From NCBI GenBank assembly GCA_030704665.1, contig JAUYID010000009.1:163-64162 (forward strand): DNA of 64,000 bases, given 5' to 3'. This DNA is from a bacterium. Lineage in GTDB: Bacteria > Patescibacteriota > Microgenomatia > Woykebacterales > RBG-16-39-9b. The notes under the pieces are model-generated. The model had not been told where the DNA came from and ran no database searches. It saw only the letters and a program-made list of their open reading frames with translations. Positions 20,500 through 31,252 of this stretch are shown here, piece by piece (the first letter of the stretch is position 1; each line of letters starts with the position of its first letter). The position numbers and the translations under genes are program-made.

Positions 20500-22047
20500 A
20501 TGACTAATTTTTTGGCAAAGCTAGCTAACTTCACTACTAAAAATAGGTTTATCCTTGTTCTTCTTGTTATCACTTTTTTTGTTCGCCTCCCCTCTCTTTT
20601 CGAGCCTTTCTGGTACGGAGATGAGGCAATCTACGCTGTGATCGGGCAAAAGATTTTGCGGGGAGGTCTGCTCTATGTCGACATTTTTGACCACAAAACC
20701 CCTGGAATCTACTACCTGACTGCTCTCAGTCTGAAGGTTTTTGGCCAAACTATTTGGTCCTTACGGTTTGTGTTGATGGGCTTTTCCCTTGCTAGTTTGG
20801 TTGTTTTTTTTCAAGTTGGTAAAAAGCTTTTTGACGAACGGGTAGCAAAACTAGCCAGTATCATTCTTGCAGCTTTGATAGCCACCCCTTTGATTGAGGG
20901 TAATATTTTCAACAGTGAAATTTTGATGATTCTGCCTTTGTCTCTAGGGGTACTTCTTGGATTAAACAAAAGATATTTCTGGTCTGGTTTCTTTTTCTCC
21001 CTTGGCTTTTTACTTAAATTCCCAGCTGTCTTTGACTTCGGGGCCTTTTTTGTTTTTCTGGCTTTGGCAACAACTAGAAAAACCTTCTTGGAAAACCTAA
21101 AATCTCTCTTCTTATTAACTTTAGGTTACAGTCTGCCGATTGTTTTGACAGTTGTTTACTTCGCCCTCCAAAACGCCCTTGGCGACTACCTTTTTTCAGC
21201 CCTTCTCTTTAACTTTTCTTATACCAACTACGGCAATCAGCTAGTTTTGGCCGGACGAACAATCCCCAATGGCCTAATCATGCTGAAAGGGCTACCTCTT
21301 CTATCTTTAGTCATTTATTTCCTCTGGAAACTTTATCAGCCTTTGGTCAAAGGTAAGGAAACTAAGAACCCAGTCTCCAGTCTTGAGTTTGTCATCATTT
21401 GGCTTGGTTTTGCCTTTTACGGGGCGGTTTTCGGGGGAAGAGCTTATCCTCATTATTTAATTCAAGCAACACCAGCTTTTGCTCTTTTACTTGGCGCTGG
21501 GCTTGGAATGGCTGCATTTAAAAAAATAACCTTCATGATCGCGGCCCTGGTCGTCAGCTTGGCACTTCTACTTGGTTTCCGTTCCTGGACAACAACCACT
21601 TACTACAGTACCTTTTTCAGGTTTGTCACCAACCAAATCACTGAAGAAACGTATATGAACAGCTTTGACAAAAAAACAGCGCGCAACTACTCAATTGCCA
21701 GTTTTCTCGACGGTTGTGTTGTTTTCAGCGGCGAGAAATGTCTCAAAACGCGTACTAGTCAGACCGACAGCATTTATATTTGGGGGAACTCTCCGGTCAT
21801 TTACTTCCTTTCTCAAAGAGACCCAAGCGCAAAATACATTACTGCTTTTCACGTCACTGGCAACAACGTTTTCAAAAAAGAGGTTCTTTCTTCAATCAGG
21901 GAGCGACTGCCAGTTTACATCCTACGAGAAAGCTCGGCTCCTGACTTCCCTGAGTTGGACAATATTTTAACTAAACAGTATAATTTCTTCGCCCAAACTG
22001 ATGACATCAAAATTTATCAACGCTTTGGAGGCCTTGAGGCCGACTAG
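20500..22047 (+). CDS. GT-C fold (ArnT/PMT_2-like) glycosyltransferase
   Basis: WYGDEAIY...LYVDIFDHKTPG, many TM helices. Confidence 0.85.
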   Translation: MTNFLAKLANFTTKNRFILVLLVITFFVRLPSLFEPFWYGDEAIYAVIGQKILRGGLLYVDIFDHKTPGIYYLTALSLKVFGQTIWSLRFVLMGFSLASLVVFFQVGKKLFDERVAKLASIILAALIATPLIEGNIFNSEILMILPLSLGVLLGLNKRYFWSGFFFSLGFLLKFPAVFDFGAFFVFLALATTRKTFLENLKSLFLLTLGYSLPIVLTVVYFALQNALGDYLFSALLFNFSYTNYGNQLVLAGRTIPNGLIMLKGLPLLSLVIYFLWKLYQPLVKGKETKNPVSSLEFVIIWLGFAFYGAVFGGRAYPHYLIQATPAFALLLGAGLGMAAFKKITFMIAALVVSLALLLGFRSWTTTTYYSTFFRFVTNQITEETYMNSFDKKTARNYSIASFLDGCVVFSGEKCLKTRTSQTDSIYIWGNSPVIYFLSQRDPSAKYITAFHVTGNNVFKKEVLSSIRERLPVYILRESSAPDFPELDNILTKQYNFFAQTDDIKIYQRFGGLEAD

Positions 22048-22357
22048 CATCACTGCTCTTTCAATTAATTTTCTAATCACCCTGCTTAGCTATTGGCTTC
22101 TGTTTTATAAATACAGTAGCTTAGCACCGGCTGTACCTCTCTGGTTTTCCCGAGAATGGGGGGAGGCTCGACTCGCCAACCCGTCTTGGCTTTGGGTACT
22201 ACCTTTCAGTAGTTTGGGGATACTTTTGCTAAACAATATTTTCGCCAGCCTGATCAGAAAACCCCGCGTCGTCGTCGCGATGTTGGTCTGGTTTTCTACT
22301 TTCTTCTCTCTCTTGGTTTTTTATACCCTGTACCGTCTTTTGGTACTAACTAGCTAA
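22001..22357 (+). CDS. Small 3-TM membrane protein (DUF1648-like)
   Basis: LAPAVPLWFSREWGE between TM helices. Confidence 0.6.
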   Translation: MTSKFINALEALRPTSITALSINFLITLLSYWLLFYKYSSLAPAVPLWFSREWGEARLANPSWLWVLPFSSLGILLLNNIFASLIRKPRVVVAMLVWFSTFFSLLVFYTLYRLLVLTS

Positions 22358-22358
22358 A

Positions 22359-23456
22359 ATGTTTTTAATCAGTCTTTTTCTTTTTTCGGCGCTAATTACT
22401 TTTTCGGTCACCCCACTGGTGATCAAACTGGCACGGCAGCACGGGTTTCTTGATTATCCCAACCGCCCGCACCCAGCTATTATTCACACCAAACCTTTGC
22501 CGAGGGGGGGAGGACTAGCAGTTCTGGTCGGTTTGATAGGTTGTCTGACTCTCATCAGTTTTGTACAACCAAGCTTTGATAAGCGTCTCTTAGCTATCTT
22601 TATTGCTAGTTTCTTGATTGTCCTGGTTGGTCTAGCTGACGATAAATACGATTTGAATCCTTACTTACGACTCTTGGCGAACTTCTTTACGGTTCTGATT
22701 GTGGTCGGCTTTGGAATTGGGATAACAAGCTTTCACAACCCTCTCGGGGGAAACATCAACTTAGATATTTGGAGAATCTCCTTTAGCATTCCTGAGTTTC
22801 TTCCCTTTGCCGGACTGCACTCGATTCTGGTTCTGGCCGATATCTTTGCCCTGATTTGGATCGTCTGGATCATGAATGCAATCAATTGGTCCAGTGGGGT
22901 CGATGGCCAACTTTCGGGCATTGCTTTCATCAGCCTGTCTTTCATTGGTTTTGTCGCCCTGCGCAATTTACAAACTGATCCCAATCAACTCATTGTCGCG
23001 AGTCTAGCCTTCGGAGCTGCCGGGGCTTTTCTTGGCTTTTTGCCTTGGAGCTTTTACCCGCAAAGAATTATGCCTGGGTACGGTGGTTCAGCCCTGGCTG
23101 GGTTTTTGATTGCTACCCTCGCGATCCTCTCTGGGGCGAAGCTCGCCACTGCCTTCTTAGTACTGGCTGTGCCTTTGGTTGACAGTCTCTGGGCAATAGT
23201 ACGCCGGCTCTACCAGCACCGCTCCCCAGTTTGGGGAGATCGGCAACACCTCCACCACCAACTCTTAAAAAGAGGTTGGAGCATCCCAAAAATCGCCTTT
23301 CTCTACTACGCTCTGACTGCCTTTTTTGGTTTGGCTTCTCTGAGTTTGGACAGTCGTGGTAAGCTTTTTGCAATTGCGATGGTAGTTGTTGTTCTTCTCT
23401 CTTTTATCATTAGCGTGGGTTATTTAGGAAGAAAAGTTAGGAATGAAACAACTTAG
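22359..23456 (+). CDS. WecA/TagO-type polyprenyl-phosphate sugar-1-phosphate transferase (MraY/GT4 family)
   Basis: HTKPLPRGGG, GLADDKY, NAINWSSGVDG, DRQHLHHQL. Confidence 0.9.
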   Translation: MFLISLFLFSALITFSVTPLVIKLARQHGFLDYPNRPHPAIIHTKPLPRGGGLAVLVGLIGCLTLISFVQPSFDKRLLAIFIASFLIVLVGLADDKYDLNPYLRLLANFFTVLIVVGFGIGITSFHNPLGGNINLDIWRISFSIPEFLPFAGLHSILVLADIFALIWIVWIMNAINWSSGVDGQLSGIAFISLSFIGFVALRNLQTDPNQLIVASLAFGAAGAFLGFLPWSFYPQRIMPGYGGSALAGFLIATLAILSGAKLATAFLVLAVPLVDSLWAIVRRLYQHRSPVWGDRQHLHHQLLKRGWSIPKIAFLYYALTAFFGLASLSLDSRGKLFAIAMVVVVLLSFIISVGYLGRKVRNETT

Positions 23457-24366
23457 CAGTTTACTTATTTCCTTACGGCCAGCCCAGTGGGTGAAAAATC
23501 TAGCGGTTTTTGTCGCTATTTTTTTTGGTGGCAATCTCTTTAACGAATCCAAACTCATTGCCGCTCTTTTCTCCTTTGTCGCTTTTTGTTTGATTGCCTC
23601 GAGCACTTATCTCATCAATGATTTGGTTGATGCCAAGGTAGACAAAATCCATTACGCGAAGAAAAACCGTCCCATTGCCGCGGGCAAACTGAGCATACAA
23701 ACTGCTTTTACCGCTGCGGCTACTCTGGCTCTGCTGGCTCTTTTTCTCGGTTCCTTTGTCTCCAAGGGAGTTTTGGTAGCAATCGGTCTCTATTTGCTAA
23801 CCCAAATTGCCTACAATTTTTACTTAAAGAGAGTTTTACTCTTAGAACTTCTAGTTATTGCTTTTGGTTTTATGCTCCGAGTTTTCGCTGGCTCTTTTGC
23901 AACTCAAACCTCTCTTTCCTCCTGGTTGATTCTGACGGTGATGATGATTTCTCTGTTTTTGGCAATCGGCAAAAGACGTTCGGAAGTGACTCTACTGGGA
24001 GAAACAGCTGCCCAACACCGTCCCACTCTTTCAGGTTATCCCTTGACTCTATTGGATGGTTTGGTTTTTCTCAGTGCCACAGCAAGTTTACTTACCTACA
24101 GCCTCTTTACCTTTAATACTAGCCGGCCAACTGTTACTAACTTTTTGGCACAATATCTACCCCAAACCCTAGTCAATGCCAAATGGTTGATGGTGACTAT
24201 ACCGATAGTTGTTTATGGGATTTTCCGCTATCTCTATTTAATTTTTGAGAAAAAGGAAGGCGATTCACCTGAAAAAATATTACTTAACGACAAAGCCATC
24301 TTGTTCACTTTACTTCTTTGGCTAGCAATCTCCGGACTGGTCATCTACCTTCTACCTGCGGCCTAA
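23443..24366 (+). CDS. UbiA-family decaprenyl-phosphate phosphoribosyltransferase-like protein
   Basis: RPAQWVKN, YLINDLVD, KKNRPIAAG, FMLRVFAG, LAIGKRRSE. Confidence 0.88.
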   Translation: MKQLSSLLISLRPAQWVKNLAVFVAIFFGGNLFNESKLIAALFSFVAFCLIASSTYLINDLVDAKVDKIHYAKKNRPIAAGKLSIQTAFTAAATLALLALFLGSFVSKGVLVAIGLYLLTQIAYNFYLKRVLLLELLVIAFGFMLRVFAGSFATQTSLSSWLILTVMMISLFLAIGKRRSEVTLLGETAAQHRPTLSGYPLTLLDGLVFLSATASLLTYSLFTFNTSRPTVTNFLAQYLPQTLVNAKWLMVTIPIVVYGIFRYLYLIFEKKEGDSPEKILLNDKAILFTLLLWLAISGLVIYLLPAA

Positions 24367-24925
24367 AACTTTCAACTTCCCTGGCCAAATCATCAAAAAG
24401 CAAGTAAACGAAACTGATCGCGGTTCCAATCTCAAGGGAAAGGATAAAAAGAGAAATGTTGCCGCTGAGAAAATTTAAACACCCCTCAATGGAAAGATAA
24501 ATCAGCAAAACAAGCCAAACTACCGCTTGGTGGTAAAGTTCATGGCTATCAATGAAAAGCCCGTCCAAATTCTTGACTGTCAGTCTTTTGGCTTTGTTGG
24601 GATGGAGGTGGGTCAGGTGAAACTCATGAGCTCGAAACAAAGCCCAACCGAAGCAAACTCCAAGAACTAGAAAAGTCAGCAGACTAGAAGCAGTAGTAGC
24701 AAAAGCTAAGGCCCCTGGGTCTGTAAAACGCAGGAATGGGGTTGCGAGAGAAAACTCCTGAAAGCTAAATTCCCAGCCAGAAGGAAGAAAGAGGCTCGTC
24801 AAAAGTAAACCAGCCCACTTTGAACCAAAAACTAGGACAACTGGGAGGAAGGCTTCGTCAATTAATTTTGTGGCCGAAACTTTAGGCATTAATCTAATTA
24901 AATACTTTTTGCTTTTCCTGCGCAA
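24341..24925 (-). CDS. Hypothetical membrane protein (start uncertain)
   Basis: 4 predicted TM segments; fills the gap between convergent and divergent genes. Confidence 0.65.
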   Translation of the reverse strand: MRRKSKKYLIRLMPKVSATKLIDEAFLPVVLVFGSKWAGLLLTSLFLPSGWEFSFQEFSLATPFLRFTDPGALAFATTASSLLTFLVLGVCFGWALFRAHEFHLTHLHPNKAKRLTVKNLDGLFIDSHELYHQAVVWLVLLIYLSIEGCLNFLSGNISLFILSLEIGTAISFVYLLFDDLAREVESFRPQVEGR

Positions 24926-24963
24926 GTTCTAGCACAGGTATGGTAAGATTTTAATTAAAGACC

Positions 24964-26073
24964 ATGAAGAAATATTTAACTGCCGCTGCCACTGCCATTA
25001 CTCTAGTTGTTGCCTTGTTCCTTCTCTCACGTTTAGTCTTACCCCTATTTACTCCAAAAAACGGTTTTTTACAGGTTTCTACTTCTTTACCCGCAAAAAT
25101 TTCCCTTGACAACAAGAACCTGGGGGAAAGCCCCTTCCGCGGCGAGAATCTGAAAACCGGCACACACCGTTTGCAACTTGAAGCGAAATTTTCAACCGCC
25201 AGTTCGAAAGTTGTTGGTGGTAGAAAGGTAAGCTGGACGGGAAATATCAGTCTCTATAGCAATGTTTTATCAGTCGTGAACTTTGACTTTGGCCCGACCG
25301 CGGCTTTCAATGCCTCAGAAATTCTCACCTTGCGTAAGGGCTCCACCTCAATCTCAGTTGTCAGCCAACCGGAAAACACCGAAGTTAGTTTGGATGGTTC
25401 AAGTCTAGGAGCAACTCCGCTCGTCAAAAGCATAAAATCAGGGGTACATCGACTCAAACTCAGCAAGGAAAACTACTTGGAGCGCCAAATCGATATCAAC
25501 GTAGCCGACGGTTTCCAAACTGTCATTCAGGTTGATCTCGCCCTAAACCCGTTACCAAAAGCTATCTCCAAACTCTCAACCAAGGAAAGTACCACTTTTT
25601 ACGACCTGTCTACCCTGGAGTCGTCTCTCTTCGAAAAACCTGATCAGTGGGCAGAGGCAGCCTGGTTTTTTCAAGAAAAGACTAATTCTCTAGAAACAAA
25701 GTTCGACGCCTTCATCGATCGGGCTGGGACGGTTTATTACTATGATCAGGCCAGTTTCAAGGCTAGTTTAAAAGCGAAAAAGAGTCTGAACGTAGGTTAC
25801 TTGGGAAATAAGGCGGACAAGGTTTTGTCCAGTCAAGCCAAAGCTAACTGGGAAAAACTCTTTCCGACAACGAAGGTTGCTCAAATTCAGGTTCTTAGCA
25901 CACCAACCGGAATTCTGAACGTGCGTTCTGGGCCCAGCCAAAGCGAGCGGATTCTGACAAAAATTAAACCTGGAGAAAAATACCCCTTACTTGGTGAGCA
26001 AGAGGGCTGGTACAAAATTAAAGTCGGCTCAATTACTGGTTGGGTCTCGGCCCAATACGCTAAAAAACTTTGA
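24964..26073 (+). CDS. PEGA-domain protein with a C-terminal bacterial SH3 domain
   Basis: TM, VSQPENTEVSLDG...GATPL...GVHRLKLSKENY, then LNVRSGPS...GWYKI...GWVS. Confidence 0.9.
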   Translation: MKKYLTAAATAITLVVALFLLSRLVLPLFTPKNGFLQVSTSLPAKISLDNKNLGESPFRGENLKTGTHRLQLEAKFSTASSKVVGGRKVSWTGNISLYSNVLSVVNFDFGPTAAFNASEILTLRKGSTSISVVSQPENTEVSLDGSSLGATPLVKSIKSGVHRLKLSKENYLERQIDINVADGFQTVIQVDLALNPLPKAISKLSTKESTTFYDLSTLESSLFEKPDQWAEAAWFFQEKTNSLETKFDAFIDRAGTVYYYDQASFKASLKAKKSLNVGYLGNKADKVLSSQAKANWEKLFPTTKVAQIQVLSTPTGILNVRSGPSQSERILTKIKPGEKYPLLGEQEGWYKIKVGSITGWVSAQYAKKL

Positions 26074-26605
26074 GAAATTTTTTAAACTCCTCCAAGGCTT
26101 GGCGGCGGTGGGAAACTTGGTTTTTTGCTTCTGGACCCATTTCAGCGTAAGTCAGCTCCCCTCCCTCTGGAATAAAAACTGGATCCCAACCCCAGCCACC
26201 AGGTTTTTCTTCTTTGGCTAGCCTACCTGCCACTTTACCCAAAAAGGTGTGAATTTTTTGCCCATCATGAAAAGCAAAGACAGCTTGAGCGCTGGCAGCT
26301 CGATTCTCCACTCCTTCCATCATTTGAAGAAGCAGCTGGTTGCCACCAGCGGCCAAAACGTGTTTGACCAAAGGACCGGGGAAGCCTTTCCACTGATCTA
26401 GAAAAAGCCCAGCGTCTTCAACAATGAGGGGTTTTCCTGTCTGCTCAAAGGCTAATTTTGCTTTTTTCTGCGCAATTTCAACTAAATCTAAACTTTGAAC
26501 TTCGTCAATTTCTAGGCTTACACTCTCAACCGGAATTCCCAAAATCATCGCTACTTCTTTAGCTTTGTTGGGATTCCCAGTAACAAAAAAAAGTTTGTTC
26601 AACAT
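26060..26605 (-). CDS. rdgB: Non-canonical purine NTP pyrophosphatase (Ham1/RdgB)
   Basis: TGNPNKAKE, EDAGL, GFPGP, GWDPVF, KNQVSHR. Confidence 0.93.
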   Translation of the reverse strand: MLNKLFFVTGNPNKAKEVAMILGIPVESVSLEIDEVQSLDLVEIAQKKAKLAFEQTGKPLIVEDAGLFLDQWKGFPGPLVKHVLAAGGNQLLLQMMEGVENRAASAQAVFAFHDGQKIHTFLGKVAGRLAKEEKPGGWGWDPVFIPEGGELTYAEMGPEAKNQVSHRRQALEEFKKFLKVF

Positions 26606-26679
26606 TTATTGTAATTTACCAGCTTTCAAAAACTTGTGCTAGGGACTAGCATCGGATATAATCTGAGCCTAAGTTCCAA

Positions 26680-26754
26680 GGCGAGGTAGCCAAGTGGTAA
26701 GGCAAAGGTCTGCAAAACCTTTATACGCCGGTTCGAATCCGGTCCTCGCCTCCA
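26680..26754 (+). tRNA. tRNA-Cys (GCA)
   Basis: GGCGAGG/CCTCGCC acceptor stem, AAGGT-CTGCAAA-ACCTT anticodon arm, GGTTCGAATCC T-arm, U73 and encoded CCA. Confidence 0.96.
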
Positions 26755-26760
26755 AAGTAA

Positions 26761-26893
26761 GGGTTCGTTTTCCCGAAGGGAAACAATGTTTTAACATTCT
26801 TCCCGCTCGCGCCTCCATGTCCGGTTCGTTCCCGCGAAGTTTTAACGAAGCGGGACTGGATGCTTTAGCATCCGCCTCCGGTCCTCGCCTCCA
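26761..26893 (+). repeat. Two tandem tRNA-Cys 3'-end copies, each with a double-hairpin insert in the T-loop
   Basis: 26877-26893 is identical to 26738-26754 (17 bp); both units read GGTTCG-[insert]-TCC...CGCCTCCA. Confidence 0.75.
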
Positions 26894-26990
26894 AAAACTT
26901 GACTTAAGCAAGCTTTTTTGCTAGAATTAGTTTGTAATTCTCTCAACGCCGAGAGAATTTTTCTTTTTTGGCCCCGATTATCGGGGTTTT

Positions 26991-27701
26991 ATGTTGGGAA
27001 CTATTGTTCGTACTTCTCTGGTCAGTGCCAGAGAAAGACAACTTCATAGTCTGCCCCGACTCAATTCTCACCCTTACGTCCTCTCTACCACTGGCTATGA
27101 GACTTTAGCGGTGGTCGTGGACGCAGCAGCGGTGATCCTCCTTCTTTCAAGGCTGGGCCGCGCTGTGGGAAAAATTGCCAGCCAAGCGCTTCCGGCCATC
27201 CTTCTCACGGTTTTTACTGTTCTAGGCATGATCTTTCTTAAAACTGACTCGCCAGTCAGTCCAAGTATTGCTGCTCAAAGCAAAGACCTTCCGAAAATTG
27301 AACAGTTTGTTAGCGCAGTCGCCACCAACAATTTCCAAAAGCCTCTTGCCGGCTTGGTTTCGCAACACTATTGGTGGGGCCACCCGGGAACTGATATCCG
27401 TGCTCCTTATAGTACAAAAATTCGTCCAATCGAATCAGGGACAGTCATCGAAACCTCTTTTGAGGCCGGGGGCTATGGTTTCCAAATTCTTGTCCGACAT
27501 AAAGATGGCTTTGTTTCCCGTTATGCCCATTTGTCCAAAATCCTTGTCAAAGTTGGGGACAAAATAACAAAATTTAAGGTAATCGGTACTGTCGGTACTT
27601 CCGGAGACGCTACCGGACCACACCTTCATTTGGAACTCACACGCAAAGGAGAGACTCTTGACGCTGAGAAATACCTGCCTAACTACCAATTTAGCCCCTA
27701 A
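26991..27701 (+). CDS. M23 family metallopeptidase, membrane-anchored (start uncertain)
   Basis: HPGTDI, GYG, YAHL, ATGPHLHLE. Confidence 0.9.
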   Translation: MLGTIVRTSLVSARERQLHSLPRLNSHPYVLSTTGYETLAVVVDAAAVILLLSRLGRAVGKIASQALPAILLTVFTVLGMIFLKTDSPVSPSIAAQSKDLPKIEQFVSAVATNNFQKPLAGLVSQHYWWGHPGTDIRAPYSTKIRPIESGTVIETSFEAGGYGFQILVRHKDGFVSRYAHLSKILVKVGDKITKFKVIGTVGTSGDATGPHLHLELTRKGETLDAEKYLPNYQFSP

Positions 27702-27708
27702 ACGAACA

Positions 27709-27742
27709 AGGCGAACTTTTCGTGTGCACGAAAAAGTCCGCC
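27709..27742. terminator. Hairpin between the convergent M23 and RT genes
   Basis: GGCG-AACTTTTCGTG-TG-CACGAAAAAGT-CCGCC. Confidence 0.6.
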
Positions 27743-27746
27743 CCGA

Positions 27747-28847
27747 TCAACTCTCCCACAACCTCAGCTGGTGACCTTCTGGGTAGATGGTTTCCAACTG
27801 TTTCTCAATTGTTTCTCCTTCCCCCAACTTTCCAATGATCTGGCGAGGTAGGTCCTCACCATAAATCTGTCTCGGCAAGGAAAGCAGCCCGGCTGCTCTG
27901 GCGACATCGCCTTTGGTCAAAGCAGTGTGAAGCGCTCCTCGCAGCCGACGTCTTGTCCGCTTCGGCAATCTCAACTCACCGTCGCGAATACTCACCCCCA
28001 AAACCTGGAGATTGGTATGGCCACTGATCTCCATAAGCTTGGTTTTGCGCTCGTTCAACTCGAAGGGAGTCTTCTCGTTGACGATTCGGCAGAGGGTGCG
28101 AACTTCAAGCTCAGTAATGGGACCATCTGCCGAGATCGCAATATTGTCCGCATAGCGGGTGTAGATCGCTCCCATCTTGTCAGCAAAGATCGCCAGACGC
28201 CGGTCCAGGTCACGGCAAACGAAATTGAAGAGAACCGGCGAGCTTGGTGCTCCCTGGGGCAAACGTGGCTCTAGTCCCAAACCTGGCACTAGAGTGGTGC
28301 AAAGGCGAGTGATCGCCAAAGCAAGCCACTTACCGATCTTGACTGCTCCAACCTCCTGCTCCAAGAGCTCTTCGAGCAACCACTTTCTGGTTACACTGCT
28401 GAAAGCGTCTTTGAGATCCAAGCTGAGCAGGTAGCGTGAGTGTCGGTGAGCCTCCACTGCGGTCAGCATTTTTCGATCCCGTACAAAACCGTGACACGCC
28501 CTGTGCACCGGCAGACCGGAGAGCAGGTTGCGTAGCATTCGTCGCTGCAGCCAGCGCAGCCGGGGGTCGGGAATCATCAGGATCCGAAAGTCCCCTGACC
28601 TCTTCCTGATCAGTCGCATGTCGTAGGACTCATCAATTCCACTTTCAACAATTGCCTGCAGTTGAGCCGGCCAAACGTGAAAGAGCAGGGCGAGGTAGCG
28701 GTAGGGGTTAAAGGACCGCCGAATCCGAAAAGGATCCAGCTGTGTCCATTCCCGCCAATTTCCAACCCCGTAAGAATCGTAAACGTCATCCTCAAGTTCG
28801 CCGAAACGAAACTCTTCTCCCGCCTCTTCCCAGGCAATATCAAGCAT
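27747..28847 (-). CDS. Retron-like reverse transcriptase (YADN active site)
   Basis: KRSGDFRIL, CHGFVRDR, AVEAH (NAxxH-like), LDLKDAFSSV, LPQGAPSSP, YTRYADN, LNERKT, VLG (VTG-like); SD AAGGAG upstream. Confidence 0.9.
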   Translation of the reverse strand: MLDIAWEEAGEEFRFGELEDDVYDSYGVGNWREWTQLDPFRIRRSFNPYRYLALLFHVWPAQLQAIVESGIDESYDMRLIRKRSGDFRILMIPDPRLRWLQRRMLRNLLSGLPVHRACHGFVRDRKMLTAVEAHRHSRYLLSLDLKDAFSSVTRKWLLEELLEQEVGAVKIGKWLALAITRLCTTLVPGLGLEPRLPQGAPSSPVLFNFVCRDLDRRLAIFADKMGAIYTRYADNIAISADGPITELEVRTLCRIVNEKTPFELNERKTKLMEISGHTNLQVLGVSIRDGELRLPKRTRRRLRGALHTALTKGDVARAAGLLSLPRQIYGEDLPRQIIGKLGEGETIEKQLETIYPEGHQLRLWES

Positions 28848-28863
28848 GATCGTCTCCTTATTG

Positions 28864-29052
28864 GGTCAGGGGAGGTTCAGTAAGAGCTTCACTAAACCTC
28901 CCCTTCTTCCGGCAGCTGGGTTATCTCTGCTTCTGGGCTCCGTACTCGGCGAGCCGGGCCCCCACTAATCACCTCTCACCAGGCAGCTACTGCCGGTGCG
29001 GGTCAGCCCTGAGATCAGGAGTCAAACCCTTTAAATTAACCCAGCTATGACC
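28864..29052 (-). ncRNA. Candidate RT-associated (msr/msd-like) RNA
   Basis: Perfect 10-bp IR AGCTGGGTTA/TAACCCAGCT (28914-28923, 29037-29046) enclosing three stems, plus a long hairpin 28869-28903, directly 5' of the RT. Confidence 0.6.
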
Positions 29053-29075
29053 TATATACCAGTTTCCCGGCAAAA

Positions 29076-29100
29076 GAAAAAGGGCCCGAAAGCCCTTTTC
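29076..29100 (-). terminator. groL intrinsic terminator
   Basis: AAAAGGGC-CCGAAA-GCCCTTTT with a U-tract on the minus strand. Confidence 0.8.
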
Positions 29101-29128
29101 TCTTTATCTTTAATCTGTTGATCTTAGT

Positions 29129-31077
<1,949 letters not shown>

Positions 31078-31183
31078 TTTTTTATTTACCTCCTAATTTA
31101 ACTAACGAGTAATTGTTGACTTAGAAAATGAAGGAAATCAAGGAGCAGGAAATTGGTAACTCCCTCAAGACCCGTCACTTTCT

Positions 31184-31239
31184 TTATCACTCGGGCAATT
31201 GTGCTGCTAAATTTTAGGGAAGTTGGCTTGGTTTGTCAA
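31184..31239 (-). promoter_or_regulatory. groESL promoter followed by a degenerate CIRCE (HrcA operator)
   Basis: TTGACA (31239-31234), 17 nt, TAAAAT (31216-31211); TTATCACTC-N9-TGCTGCTAA at 31184-31210 versus consensus TTAGCACTC-N9-GAGTGCTAA. Confidence 0.7.
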
Positions 31240-31252
31240 GCGCTAGATCAAG

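Noticed and set aside
26669-26924. ORFs overlapping tRNA-Cys
   Set aside because: Artefacts of translating the tRNA and its repeats.
27747-29052. Diversity-generating retroelement or group II intron
   Set aside because: The RT has retron-type LPQGAPSSP rather than DGR LPIGxxxSQ. I found no avd gene or TR/VR pair differing at adenines by eye, and no maturase domain or domain V/VI.
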